From contig CBDCNM010000001.1 of assembly GCA_965219385.1 (NCBI GenBank), positions 856,631-920,630 of the forward strand: a stretch of DNA of 64,000 bases, given 5' to 3'. How positions within the stretch are numbered: the first letter of the stretch is position 1; each line of letters starts with the position of its first letter. The notes under the pieces were generated by a model, which had not been told where the DNA came from, searched no databases, and saw nothing but the letters and a program-made list of their open reading frames with translations. This document shows positions 9,902-17,916 of the stretch, in pieces. The stretch comes from Candidatus Latescibacterota bacterium. Its GTDB lineage: Bacteria > Latescibacterota > UBA2968 > UBA8231. The translations under genes were made by a program, and so were the position numbers.

Positions 9902-11482
9902 TCAAACGCGGTAGGCGAAGAGTTTTGCCCCGAACATTCTGATGCGGATCCCGACCGTTTCGCCGAGAGCGGAGATGTCGCTGCGGCCTTTCCAGGTTAC
10001 CACCCGGTCTTCGCAATCGCCTATCAGGCGGTCACATTCAGCGAAACTGAACCCCGGAGCCGGGTCGGTGTCGGGCAACATCAGCGATGGGATCTTCTCC
10101 AGCAGCTCGACCTGAATCCAGCCGCCTGGTTCGCAGCGATAGTTGAGGTGCAACTCGTCGTGAGCGCGGAAGAGCGATGGCATGGTAAAGCGGCCTTGCG
10201 CTGGGGCGCGCAGGCCGCACAACCGATGCGGTCGCCAGCGCGCCCAACGAATCTGCAACGGCCGCCGCGCCGGAAACAGCGAAGGCACCTTGTCGGCCGG
10301 CGGATCGTGTATCACCGAATTTCCCGTGTACGGAGACGCCCAGTACCCGTCGGGTAGCTCCACGATTCCGCTGCGCCAGAAGTGCGCCGAACACTCGTCG
10401 CCATCCCCTTCGGCCCCCAGTGGCAGTATCGCCCTGCGCTCAGGGCGCGACCAGTAAAGCCCGTCGCGGCTGAAGGCGATCTGCCCGTCAATGGTGCTGG
10501 CGATCTGGTGGTAAATGGGGATCAACATGCCGTGCAGATCATCGCGGCCAGGGTAGGCAAAGTAGTTGGCCCCGTAAAAGGAGATGTCTGGAGGGTCCGC
10601 GGCATCGGGGTGCAGGATCAGCTTCGGCGCCGGCCAGCTACGGAAATCGTCCGTGCGGGTAAAGCCGATGGTGCGGATCTGTATCCCTTGTTCGAGTCTG
10701 CTGACACCGATGCCTTCGAGGACTTCGGCCGGGTAGCCCATAAGCTGTATATAGGCGAAATAGTTGCCGTGGTGCTCGTCGTAGCGGGCCGCGACGCCGC
10801 CATTGACCGGTCTGTATGCCACCGGTTCTTCGATCTGCTTCCAGTGGATGTGATCGGGTGAGGTCCATGCAGTCATGCGACCGTGGATTTGGGCTCTTGG
10901 ACCGGTGTAGCCCTGTCCCCCCTGTTCCGCCTTTAAGCGTCGGCCTACTTCTTCTCCCTTCAGTTCTTCACCCGTGTCGGGATCGGCCCAGTACATGCGC
11001 CCCCCCAGCGCCTTGAAGCGCTGTTCGGGAGGGGCGCTGGGGTCTTCGAAGGTGCCTGTCGCTCCCTTGGCCGGACTGGAGATCAGGTTGTTGTGCTTCG
11101 AACCGTTGTACTCGACTTCGTTCAGGTTGGGCCGCGTCCAGTTGTAGGCATCTTCGCTGACGGCGTAGCCCTGACCCCCTGCGGTATCGTAGAGCATGTG
11201 GTAGCGCTCGTCTTCCCGCCATATACACAGCGGCGCGATCGAATTCTCCTCCCATTCTTTTTCTGCTTCGAGCAGGGGCTCGGATTTTTGCGCCTCTTCG
11301 ATTTCGAAGCGAATCCCGGAGGGCGCGTCGTAGAGTTCGAGCTCGCCGTTCCGACTGGAGCCCCGGTGCCCCGGAAAGACATCGATCATGTCGACCAGCG
11401 GACTCCAGGCGCCGGTGTTGGGACGGATGCGAGGCGGTCGTGGCTTGAAAGGTTCTTTCTGTTTGTCTTCGCTATCTTCCAT
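9902..11482 (-). CDS. Hypothetical protein, possibly a glycoside-hydrolase-like beta-propeller
   Basis: 526 aa ORF with repeated Asp-box-like motifs (SEDAYNW, SPDHIHW, TDDFRSW, SRDGLYW). Confidence 0.6.
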   Translation of the reverse strand: MEDSEDKQKEPFKPRPPRIRPNTGAWSPLVDMIDVFPGHRGSSRNGELELYDAPSGIRFEIEEAQKSEPLLEAEKEWEENSIAPLCIWREDERYHMLYDTAGGQGYAVSEDAYNWTRPNLNEVEYNGSKHNNLISSPAKGATGTFEDPSAPPEQRFKALGGRMYWADPDTGEELKGEEVGRRLKAEQGGQGYTGPRAQIHGRMTAWTSPDHIHWKQIEEPVAYRPVNGGVAARYDEHHGNYFAYIQLMGYPAEVLEGIGVSRLEQGIQIRTIGFTRTDDFRSWPAPKLILHPDAADPPDISFYGANYFAYPGRDDLHGMLIPIYHQIASTIDGQIAFSRDGLYWSRPERRAILPLGAEGDGDECSAHFWRSGIVELPDGYWASPYTGNSVIHDPPADKVPSLFPARRPLQIRWARWRPHRLCGLRAPAQGRFTMPSLFRAHDELHLNYRCEPGGWIQVELLEKIPSLMLPDTDPAPGFSFAECDRLIGDCEDRVVTWKGRSDISALGETVGIRIRMFGAKLFAYRV

Positions 11483-11593
11483 TGCAAGGGGGCTCAGCCA
11501 GCGAGAAGGGGGGACAGGTCACGCGAGACGGGGTCTGTCGCAGCCGGTTTTCGACAAGCGCTCAATGGATAAATAAAGCGCCTTTGGGGGTGC

Positions 11594-12505
11594 ATGGTCA
11601 AGAAGCGGAGCCTCTTTCGCCCCATTCTGCGCGTGCAGGTGCTGCAACTGGAAAGAGAGCTGCGCAGCGCTGGCTACCGCCCGCGTCCCTACCGGAGCTT
11701 TTGCGTGTACGAGCCCAAGCTGCGGCGAATCTGTGCGGCCGACATCCGCGATCGCGTGGTGCATCACGCGATTATCCGCGTGTTGGAGCCGTACTTTGAA
11801 GCCTGCTTCATCCACGACACCTACGCCTGTCGCCCCGGCAAAGGGACGCACCGGGCCGTGCGGCGTGCCCAGGCCTTCAGCCGCCGCCACCGCTATGTTC
11901 TCCAACTCGATGTGCGCAAGTTTTTCGGCAGCGTGGATCACCCAATCCTCAAATCGCTGTTGGCGCGGCGGTTCAAGGATCGGCGCTTGCTGGCCCTGCT
12001 GGCGCGGATCATTGACCATCCCATACCCGGCGGTAGCCCGGGGCGCGGGCTGCCCATCGGCAACCTAACGAGCCAGTACTTGGCCACCTTCTACTTGGGG
12101 TACCTGGACCACTTTGTGAAAGACGAATTGGGGATAAAAGGCTATGTGCGCTACATGGACGACCTGTTGCTCTTTGGCGAGGACAAGGCCGTTCTGCACC
12201 GCCAGTGGGCGCTCCTGCGCGGCTTTTTGCACGACCGCCTCAAGCTGGACTTGAAAGAGGAAGCGGTGCGGTTGGCCCCGGTCGGGCAAGGGATTTCCTT
12301 TTTGGGGTTCAGAATTTTTCCGCGGATGATCCGCCTCCAGCGGGTGGGGTGGACCCGCTTCAAGCACAAGGTACGCGACCGCGAACAGGCGTATCGGGAG
12401 GGCCATATCGACGAGCGCGAACTGGTGCATTCCGTCCAGAGTTTGTTGGCCCATGTCCAGCAGGCCCGAACGCGGCGGTTGCGCCGACAATTTTTCCAGG
12501 GGTGA
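11594..12505 (+). CDS. DGR-type reverse transcriptase
   Basis: EPKLRRI, RDRVVHH, YACRPGKGTHRA, LDVRKFFGSVDH, GLPIGNLTSQ (DGR-type SQ motif), YVRYMDD, FLGFRI; 303 aa; no maturase or endonuclease domain. Confidence 0.95.
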   Translation: MVKKRSLFRPILRVQVLQLERELRSAGYRPRPYRSFCVYEPKLRRICAADIRDRVVHHAIIRVLEPYFEACFIHDTYACRPGKGTHRAVRRAQAFSRRHRYVLQLDVRKFFGSVDHPILKSLLARRFKDRRLLALLARIIDHPIPGGSPGRGLPIGNLTSQYLATFYLGYLDHFVKDELGIKGYVRYMDDLLLFGEDKAVLHRQWALLRGFLHDRLKLDLKEEAVRLAPVGQGISFLGFRIFPRMIRLQRVGWTRFKHKVRDREQAYREGHIDERELVHSVQSLLAHVQQARTRRLRRQFFQG

Positions 12506-12513
12506 GAGCCGTC

Positions 12514-12638
12514 ACCGGCTCCAATCGCGTCATCCGGGGCGGCAACTTCAACAATGACGCCCGGAATGTGCGGTCGGCGAATCGCAACAACAACTCGCCG
12601 GGCAATCGCAACAACGACGTGGGCGTGCGCCTTTTGAG
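12514..12638 (+). repeat. DGR template repeat (TR)
   Basis: 125 bp with 29 A and 12 AAC/AAT codons; aligns to 13771-13898 with 20 of 28 substitutions at TR adenines. Confidence 0.95.
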
Positions 12639-12800
12639 CACGGGGTCTGGCCCGAAGAGACCTGTTTACGGATCGGTCTCCTGTGCCGGCGATCCCGTCC
12701 AGGCCCTCATCCTGCGGCCGGCAGAGCCGGCCCCAATATACTCATCGGGTGGCGGCTGGTAGGCTCAGAAGAGATCGACGGTGGCCGCCCGATTCCTTCA
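12639..12800 (+). ncRNA. Putative DGR spacer RNA segment 3' of TR (IMH* and structured spacer)
   Basis: Non-coding, GC-rich with short inverted repeats (e.g. GGCCGGC-AGA-GCCGGCC), immediately after the TR; function inferred from DGR architecture. Confidence 0.5.
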
Positions 12801-12942
12801 GGGAATTAAACGGTGAAGAGGCTCTATCAGTGAAACGCTGGTTGGACCGGCTCGCCCGCGCAGACTTGGTCGCGGGGACGGGGTTGATGTTGCCGCCCTT
12901 TGGGGGCGAAGGGCTGGGCTATGGATTCTTTGCCTCCGCCGG

Positions 12943-12972
12943 TTGTCCCCGGTGGGGGACTTTCCGTATAAT
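12943..12972 (+). promoter_or_regulatory. Putative sigma70 promoter of the DGR target gene
   Basis: TTGTCC-N18-TATAAT upstream of RBS GAGGAG and ATG 13027. Confidence 0.5.
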
Positions 12973-13026
12973 ATACGCGTCCGGCGTGGTGCTTGGCGCG
13001 TTTACCCCTTATTTGAGGAGGATAGT

Positions 13027-13908
13027 ATGATGCGAAACAGGTTGCGCCTATTGACGGGCCTCGTTGTGTGCGGGGCCTTGGTGCTGGTCGCTTGCGGCGA
13101 CGAGGATTCGCCTACGAGTGCCGGTGGTCGGGGAAACTCGACGGGCGATGCGAAGAGGTTTTCGCTGCCCGGTGGGGCGGCGATGGAGTTTGTCTGGATT
13201 GAGGGGGGTACGTTTTTCATGGGCTCGCCGCCTTCGGAGGAATGGCGTTGGGATGATGAAGGTCCGGTGCATGAGGTGGAGATCAGCGCGGGGTTCTGGT
13301 TGGGCAGGTATGAGGTTACGCAGGGTCAGTGGGAGGCGGTGATGGGGTGGCGGCCGTGGTCCGGGTCAGAGTATGAGTCCGGGAAAGAGTATGTGGTGTC
13401 GGATCCGTCTCATCCGGCGGTGTATATTTCCTGGAAAGACGTGCAGGTTTTCATAACGAAGTTGAATAGTGCGGCGGGGGCGGCACGGTATCGTTTGCCT
13501 TCGGAGGCGGAGTGGGAGTATGCGTGCCGGGCGGGTACCAGGACGCGGTGGTCGTTCGGGAATGACGAGCGTCAGCTTACGGACTATGCGTGGTATGGTG
13601 CCAATAGGTGTGATGTGGGTGGGGGGTGTTATGGCCGTGCGGTGGGTCTGAAGGGTGCGAATCCCTGGGGGTTGCACGATATGTACGGGAATGTGTGGGA
13701 GTGGGTGCAGGACTGGCATGACGGGGACTATTATGAGAGATCGCCTCGGGTGGACCCTCCGGGGCCTGAGACCGGCTCCTTCTTTCGCGTCCTCCGGGGC
13801 GGCTCCTTCCTCAATCTCGCCCAGGATGTGCGGTCGGCGTATCGCCTCGGCCGCTGGCCCGAGCTCCGCTACTACGACATGGGCGTGCGCCTTTTGAGGA
13901 CTCCTTAG
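13027..13908 (+). CDS. DGR target: lipoprotein with FGE-sulfatase (CLec-fold) domain
   Basis: Lipobox LVAC; FFMGSP, YEVTQGQW, YRLPSEAEWEYACRAG, NPWGLHDMYGNVWEWVQD, RVLRGGS, GVRLLR; VR at 3' end. Confidence 0.95.
   Translation: MMRNRLRLLTGLVVCGALVLVACGDEDSPTSAGGRGNSTGDAKRFSLPGGAAMEFVWIEGGTFFMGSPPSEEWRWDDEGPVHEVEISAGFWLGRYEVTQGQWEAVMGWRPWSGSEYESGKEYVVSDPSHPAVYISWKDVQVFITKLNSAAGAARYRLPSEAEWEYACRAGTRTRWSFGNDERQLTDYAWYGANRCDVGGGCYGRAVGLKGANPWGLHDMYGNVWEWVQDWHDGDYYERSPRVDPPGPETGSFFRVLRGGSFLNLAQDVRSAYRLGRWPELRYYDMGVRLLRTP
13771..13898 (+). repeat. DGR variable repeat (VR)
   Basis: 128 bp copy of the TR with A-biased substitutions and one extra codon; shared 3' end GGGCGTGCGCCTTTTGAG. Confidence 0.95.
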
Positions 13909-14812
13909 AGGCCCTAACAAAACTCTTTGAGGTACTTCCAACAGATGAGAATACATCCGATGTCGAGAAAGGCTTCATGGAGATCACCTCGTCGCTCCCA
14001 GCGGACTCGAAGCCGACGGAATTGGTGCAACCATGCCAACGTTCGTTCCACCACCCACCGATAGACGCCCAAGCCGCTGCCGTGGGCTTGCCCTCGCCGA
14101 GCCAACACCGAGCCGATGCCCCGCTTACGCAAGGCGCGCCGATGGGCTTGCGAATCATAGGCCCGATCCCCTTGCACCCGATCCGGCCGACGGCGCGGGC
14201 GGCCGACCCGACCGGCCACCGGGGGTATGCGATCCACCAACGGCAACAGCTGCGTCACATCATGCCGATGGGCCCCCGTCACCCCCGCCGCCAACGGCAC
14301 CCCTTGGGCATCGGTGATTACATGGTGTTTGCTACCGGGTTTGCCGCGGTCCGTCGGATTGGGACCGGTGTGCGCCCCCCCCCAACCGCCCGCACCGAGG
14401 CACTATCGACCACCGCACGAGACCAATCAATCCGGTCGGCGGCCCTCAGTCGGTTCAACAGGATATGATGGACTCTTTTCCAGACCCCGGCTTGTTGCCA
14501 AGCGTGCAGGCGACGCCAACAGGTCATCCCCGAACCGCACCCCATCTCTTGAGGCAAATACTCCCAAGGGATACCCGTCTTGAGCACAAAGAGAATGCCG
14601 GTCAGCACCCTACGGTTATCCAGCCGAGGCCGCCCCCCTTGGGGGCCAACGGTTACGGGGGGCAAAACCGGTTCAATCAAGGCCCATAACCCATCGTCGA
14701 GTAACGGCTTGGCCATCAAAAACACCTCCATATCAAGACGGTAGAAGCAATACCGAAGAGGATAAGAATATAATGAAGCCTATACGCGATTCCAAGGTTT
14801 TGTTAGAGACTC
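13908..14812 (-). mobile_element. IS5-family element (two-ORF, IS427-like), copy 1
   Basis: 905 bp; TIRs GAGGCCCTAACAAAAC / GTTTTGTTAGAGACTC; TTA duplication at 13905-13907 and 14813-14815; ORFs 14318-14731 and 13914-14300 (TGIPW, GDRAYDS, RWVVERT) joined near a G run. Confidence 0.95.
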
Positions 14813-14815
14813 TTA

Positions 14816-14940
14816 GTGTTACCCTTGGGTTCCTTTACCCTTTTACCCTTGGCTTGGGGGTTTCGCCTGCAGGGTGCCCCGTAGCCCTTAAGGGGGGCGT
14901 AGCGTAGCCGCCCCCGCCGGGCGGAGGGGTGCCCTGCAGG
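14816..14940 (+). promoter_or_regulatory. Displaced DGR target-recognition region: pyrimidine repeats plus GC hairpins
   Basis: TTACCCTT repeats, then inverted repeat 14866-14880/14926-14940 enclosing a GGGGGCG-N9-CGCCCCC hairpin (14893-14915); would directly follow the target stop if the IS were removed. Confidence 0.55.
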
Positions 14941-14974
14941 GGGGGGGATGTTTCTTACGGTTCGGGCCGGGTGC

Positions 14975-15142
14975 CTCAAACGCCGGTGGATTGTTGAACG
15001 GACCTTTGCTTGGTTGTTCAATTATCGGGTCCACTCGAAAGATTATGAGGTCTTGACCGCTAATAGTGAAGCGTTTATACACCTAGCCATGATCCATCTG
15101 CTGCTCAAGCGACTCGCCTGCTAAGGGTTTTAAAACGGCTTC
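14975..15142 (+). mobile_element. IS5-family transposase 3' remnant with right end
   Basis: Manual translation [28 protein letters not shown]...KRLAC*; end TTTTAAAACGGCTTC. Confidence 0.8.
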
Positions 15143-15221
15143 TGAGAAAATATGAATTTCGCTGTTCTAGATCCGGATAGACGGCACGGCAGGTTCTGGC
15201 AGACTCAGGTAAAAGAAGGTC

Positions 15222-15995
15222 GTGATGAGGTACCTACTGGTGGGGATGCTCATACTGGGTTTCTGGCATGGAGGCGTGGCCGCGAAGCCGGTGGCAGTGT
15301 ATGCGGCGGCGAGTTTGGGCAGCGCGCTGGAAGATCTGGCGCAAACAGTCGCGCAACGCGGCATGGAGATGAAGTTTTCGTTCGGCAGCTCGTCCACGAT
15401 GGCCAAGCAGATCGAGGCGGGGGCGCCGGCGGATATTTATTTTTCGGCGCATGAGAAGTGGATGGATTACCTGGAGAATCGCGCTCTCATCGCGCCGGGC
15501 ACGCGTGCGAATCTGCTGGGCAATGCGCTGGTGGTGATCGTCCCGAAAGGCGAGGGATTTGAGCTGGATCTGCGACTGGATTTCGATTTTGCCAGGGCGT
15601 TCGACGGGCGGCTGGCCCTCGGTGATCCCACCCATGTACCGGCGGGCATCTATGCCCGGCAGGCGCTGGAAACCCTGGGCTGGTGGTCCGCGTTGCAGAG
15701 CCGGATCGTCCCTGCCGGCGATGTGCGCGCCGCCCTGGCCCTGGTGGAACGGGGCGAGTGCCCGGCAGGGATGGTGTATGCGACCGATGCGGCGGTCAGC
15801 CAAGGCGTTGAGGTGATCGGGGTGCTGCCCGATTCTCTGCACGCCCCTATTGTGTATCCGTTGGCGGTTGTAAAGGGACGACACACGGCGACCGTGGTGG
15901 CGGCGTGGCGTTTTTTTCAATCGGATGAAGCCGCGGCCGTGTTTAAACGCTATGGATTCCAGGTGCTGGGCGCAAAAAACGGCGAGGAGGAGTGA
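15222..15995 (+). CDS. modA: Molybdate ABC transporter substrate-binding protein
   Basis: YAAASL, SFGSSSTMAKQIEAGAPADIY, VPAGIYA, YATDA. Confidence 0.95.
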   Translation: MMRYLLVGMLILGFWHGGVAAKPVAVYAAASLGSALEDLAQTVAQRGMEMKFSFGSSSTMAKQIEAGAPADIYFSAHEKWMDYLENRALIAPGTRANLLGNALVVIVPKGEGFELDLRLDFDFARAFDGRLALGDPTHVPAGIYARQALETLGWWSALQSRIVPAGDVRAALALVERGECPAGMVYATDAAVSQGVEVIGVLPDSLHAPIVYPLAVVKGRHTATVVAAWRFFQSDEAAAVFKRYGFQVLGAKNGEEE

Positions 15996-16077
15996 CCATG
16001 GGCAGGGGAGGGCATTGGGTTGGGGCCGGCCGGGCCGGGGGGCGAATCGTCCCACCTGATTTATCTGGCGGGGACGG

Positions 16078-16752
16078 ATGCTGACGCCTGAGGAGTGGGA
16101 GATCCTGGCGCTGTCGGTGCGCGTGGGGGTGGTGTGCGTGCTGGTGAGTCTGCTGCCTGGGGTGCTGCTGGGCTGGCTGCTGGCTCGGTGCCAGTTTCGG
16201 GGCAAGGTGTTGCTGGACGGGCTGTTGCACCTGCCGCTGGTGCTGCCCCCGGTGGTGACGGGGTACATCTTGCTGGTATTGTTCGGGCGGCGGGGCGTAT
16301 TCGGCGCCTGGTTGAGCGCTTGGTTCGGCATCCAGCTGGCGTTTACGTGGAAGGCGGCGGTGCTGGCGTCGGCCGTGCTGGGGTTTCCCCTGATGCTGCG
16401 GGCGATCCGCCTGGGGATCGAGGGAGTAGACCCACGGCTGGAGCGGGCCGCTCGCACCCTGGGAGCCGGGTCGGTGCGGGCCTTCGTCACGGTGACGCTG
16501 CGGCTGGCAAGCCCGGGGTTGCTGGTGGGGGGGTTGCTGGCGTTTGCGCGCAGTCTGGGCGAGTTCGGCGCGACGATTGTGTTTGCGGCCAATATCGCCG
16601 GCGAGACGCGTACCCTGCCACTGGCGATCTATACCTTTTTGAATCAACCCGAGGGCGAAGCTCCGGCGGCTCGGCTGGTGGTGATTTCGGCGGTGGTTTC
16701 TCTGGGGGCGCTGGTTTTAAGCGAGATGGTTGCGCGGCGGATGAGAAGATAG
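16078..16752 (+). CDS. modB: Molybdate ABC transporter permease
   Basis: LPLVLPPVVTGY, AARTLGA, FARSLGEFGAT. Confidence 0.95.
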   Translation: MLTPEEWEILALSVRVGVVCVLVSLLPGVLLGWLLARCQFRGKVLLDGLLHLPLVLPPVVTGYILLVLFGRRGVFGAWLSAWFGIQLAFTWKAAVLASAVLGFPLMLRAIRLGIEGVDPRLERAARTLGAGSVRAFVTVTLRLASPGLLVGGLLAFARSLGEFGATIVFAANIAGETRTLPLAIYTFLNQPEGEAPAARLVVISAVVSLGALVLSEMVARRMRR

Positions 16753-16765
16753 GGGAGAGTGGCTG

Positions 16766-17827
16766 ATGCTGAAGATCCGGGTAAGAAAGCAACTGGCGGA
16801 ATTCGCTCTCAATGTGGATGCGGTGTGTCCGTATCCGGTGACGGCGATTTTGGGGCCTTCGGGTGCGGGCAAGACGACGCTGCTGAATCTGGTGAGCGGC
16901 CTGTTGCGACCCGATGCGGGCGAAATTTGCGTGGACGATACCGTGCTGTTTTCGTCCGAGCAGAGGATCGATTTGCCGCCCGAGCAGCGGCGCATCGGCT
17001 ATGTGTTTCAGGACGATCTGCTGTTTCCACATTTGACGGTGCGCCAGAATCTGCGGTATGGGTATCGGTTATTGGCTCGAGGCGATCGCCGTTTTGAACT
17101 GGACGCGGTGGTGGAGCTGCTGGAGTTGGGCACCCTGGTGGACCGGCACCCAGGGCATTTGTCGGGCGGGGAACAGCAGCGGGTGGCGCTCGGGCGGGCG
17201 ATTCTGGCGTCGCCCCGGTTGCTGGTGATGGACGAGCCGCTGGCGTCGCTGGACCAGGGGCTGAAGGATAGGATCATTCCGTATTTGCGGCACATTCGAT
17301 CAGATCTGAATATTCCGATGCTGTACGTGAGCCATTCGGTGGCCGAGGTGCTGCAGCTGACCGGGCAGGTGATGGTGTTGAAGCAAGGACGGGTTCTGGC
17401 GCACGGCGATTTTTTCGCGGTGGCCCATCGAGCCGAAGTGCTGCCGCTGCTGGAGTCGCACGGGTTTGAAAATGTGCTGCCCGTGGAGGTGGTGGATGAG
17501 ACCCACGTGCGCTACGGCGAGGTGATTTTGCGGGTGCCGCCGTGCGAGCGGATACCTGAGAGCCGCATTTTTATTGGCATTCGGGCCAACGACATCATTT
17601 TGTGCCGGGAGCGGCCAAAAGGGTTGAGCATTCGCAACGCGATTTCGGGAACCGTGCTGGATGTGGTGCAGACCGAGGGGCGCGATCTGGTGTATGTGGA
17701 GGTGGGCAAGCGGCTGGCGGTGGAGGTGACCCACGAGGCCGTGGACGAACTGGCACTGAAACCGGGAGAAGCGGTGGTGTGCCTGATCAAGGCGCATTCG
17801 ATTCGGATTGGACCGGATGTGGAGTGA
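16766..17827 (+). CDS. modC: Molybdate ABC transporter ATP-binding protein
   Basis: GPSGAGKT, LSGGEQQR, MDEP; C-terminal TOBE domain (SIRN). Confidence 0.95.
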   Translation: MLKIRVRKQLAEFALNVDAVCPYPVTAILGPSGAGKTTLLNLVSGLLRPDAGEICVDDTVLFSSEQRIDLPPEQRRIGYVFQDDLLFPHLTVRQNLRYGYRLLARGDRRFELDAVVELLELGTLVDRHPGHLSGGEQQRVALGRAILASPRLLVMDEPLASLDQGLKDRIIPYLRHIRSDLNIPMLYVSHSVAEVLQLTGQVMVLKQGRVLAHGDFFAVAHRAEVLPLLESHGFENVLPVEVVDETHVRYGEVILRVPPCERIPESRIFIGIRANDIILCRERPKGLSIRNAISGTVLDVVQTEGRDLVYVEVGKRLAVEVTHEAVDELALKPGEAVVCLIKAHSIRIGPDVE

Positions 17828-17916
17828 AAACGCCACGACATGGAAACTACCTTACTACCTGTCCGCGCGTTGCTGGTTATTCAATAACAATTGCTATTGA
17901 GAAGGGAGAGAAGATC

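Noticed and set aside
11594..12505. RT as a group II intron, retron or CRISPR-associated RT
   Set aside because: No maturase or endonuclease domain, no cas genes, and a TR/VR pair with the SQ motif is present
12205..12762. 185-aa ORF with an Asn-rich FGE-like tail
   Set aside because: It is read-through of the TR in an alternative frame overlapping the RT, not a credible gene
17602..17916. N-terminal extension of the 982-aa ORF
   Set aside because: Overlaps modC; the RBS and signal peptide support a start at 17917
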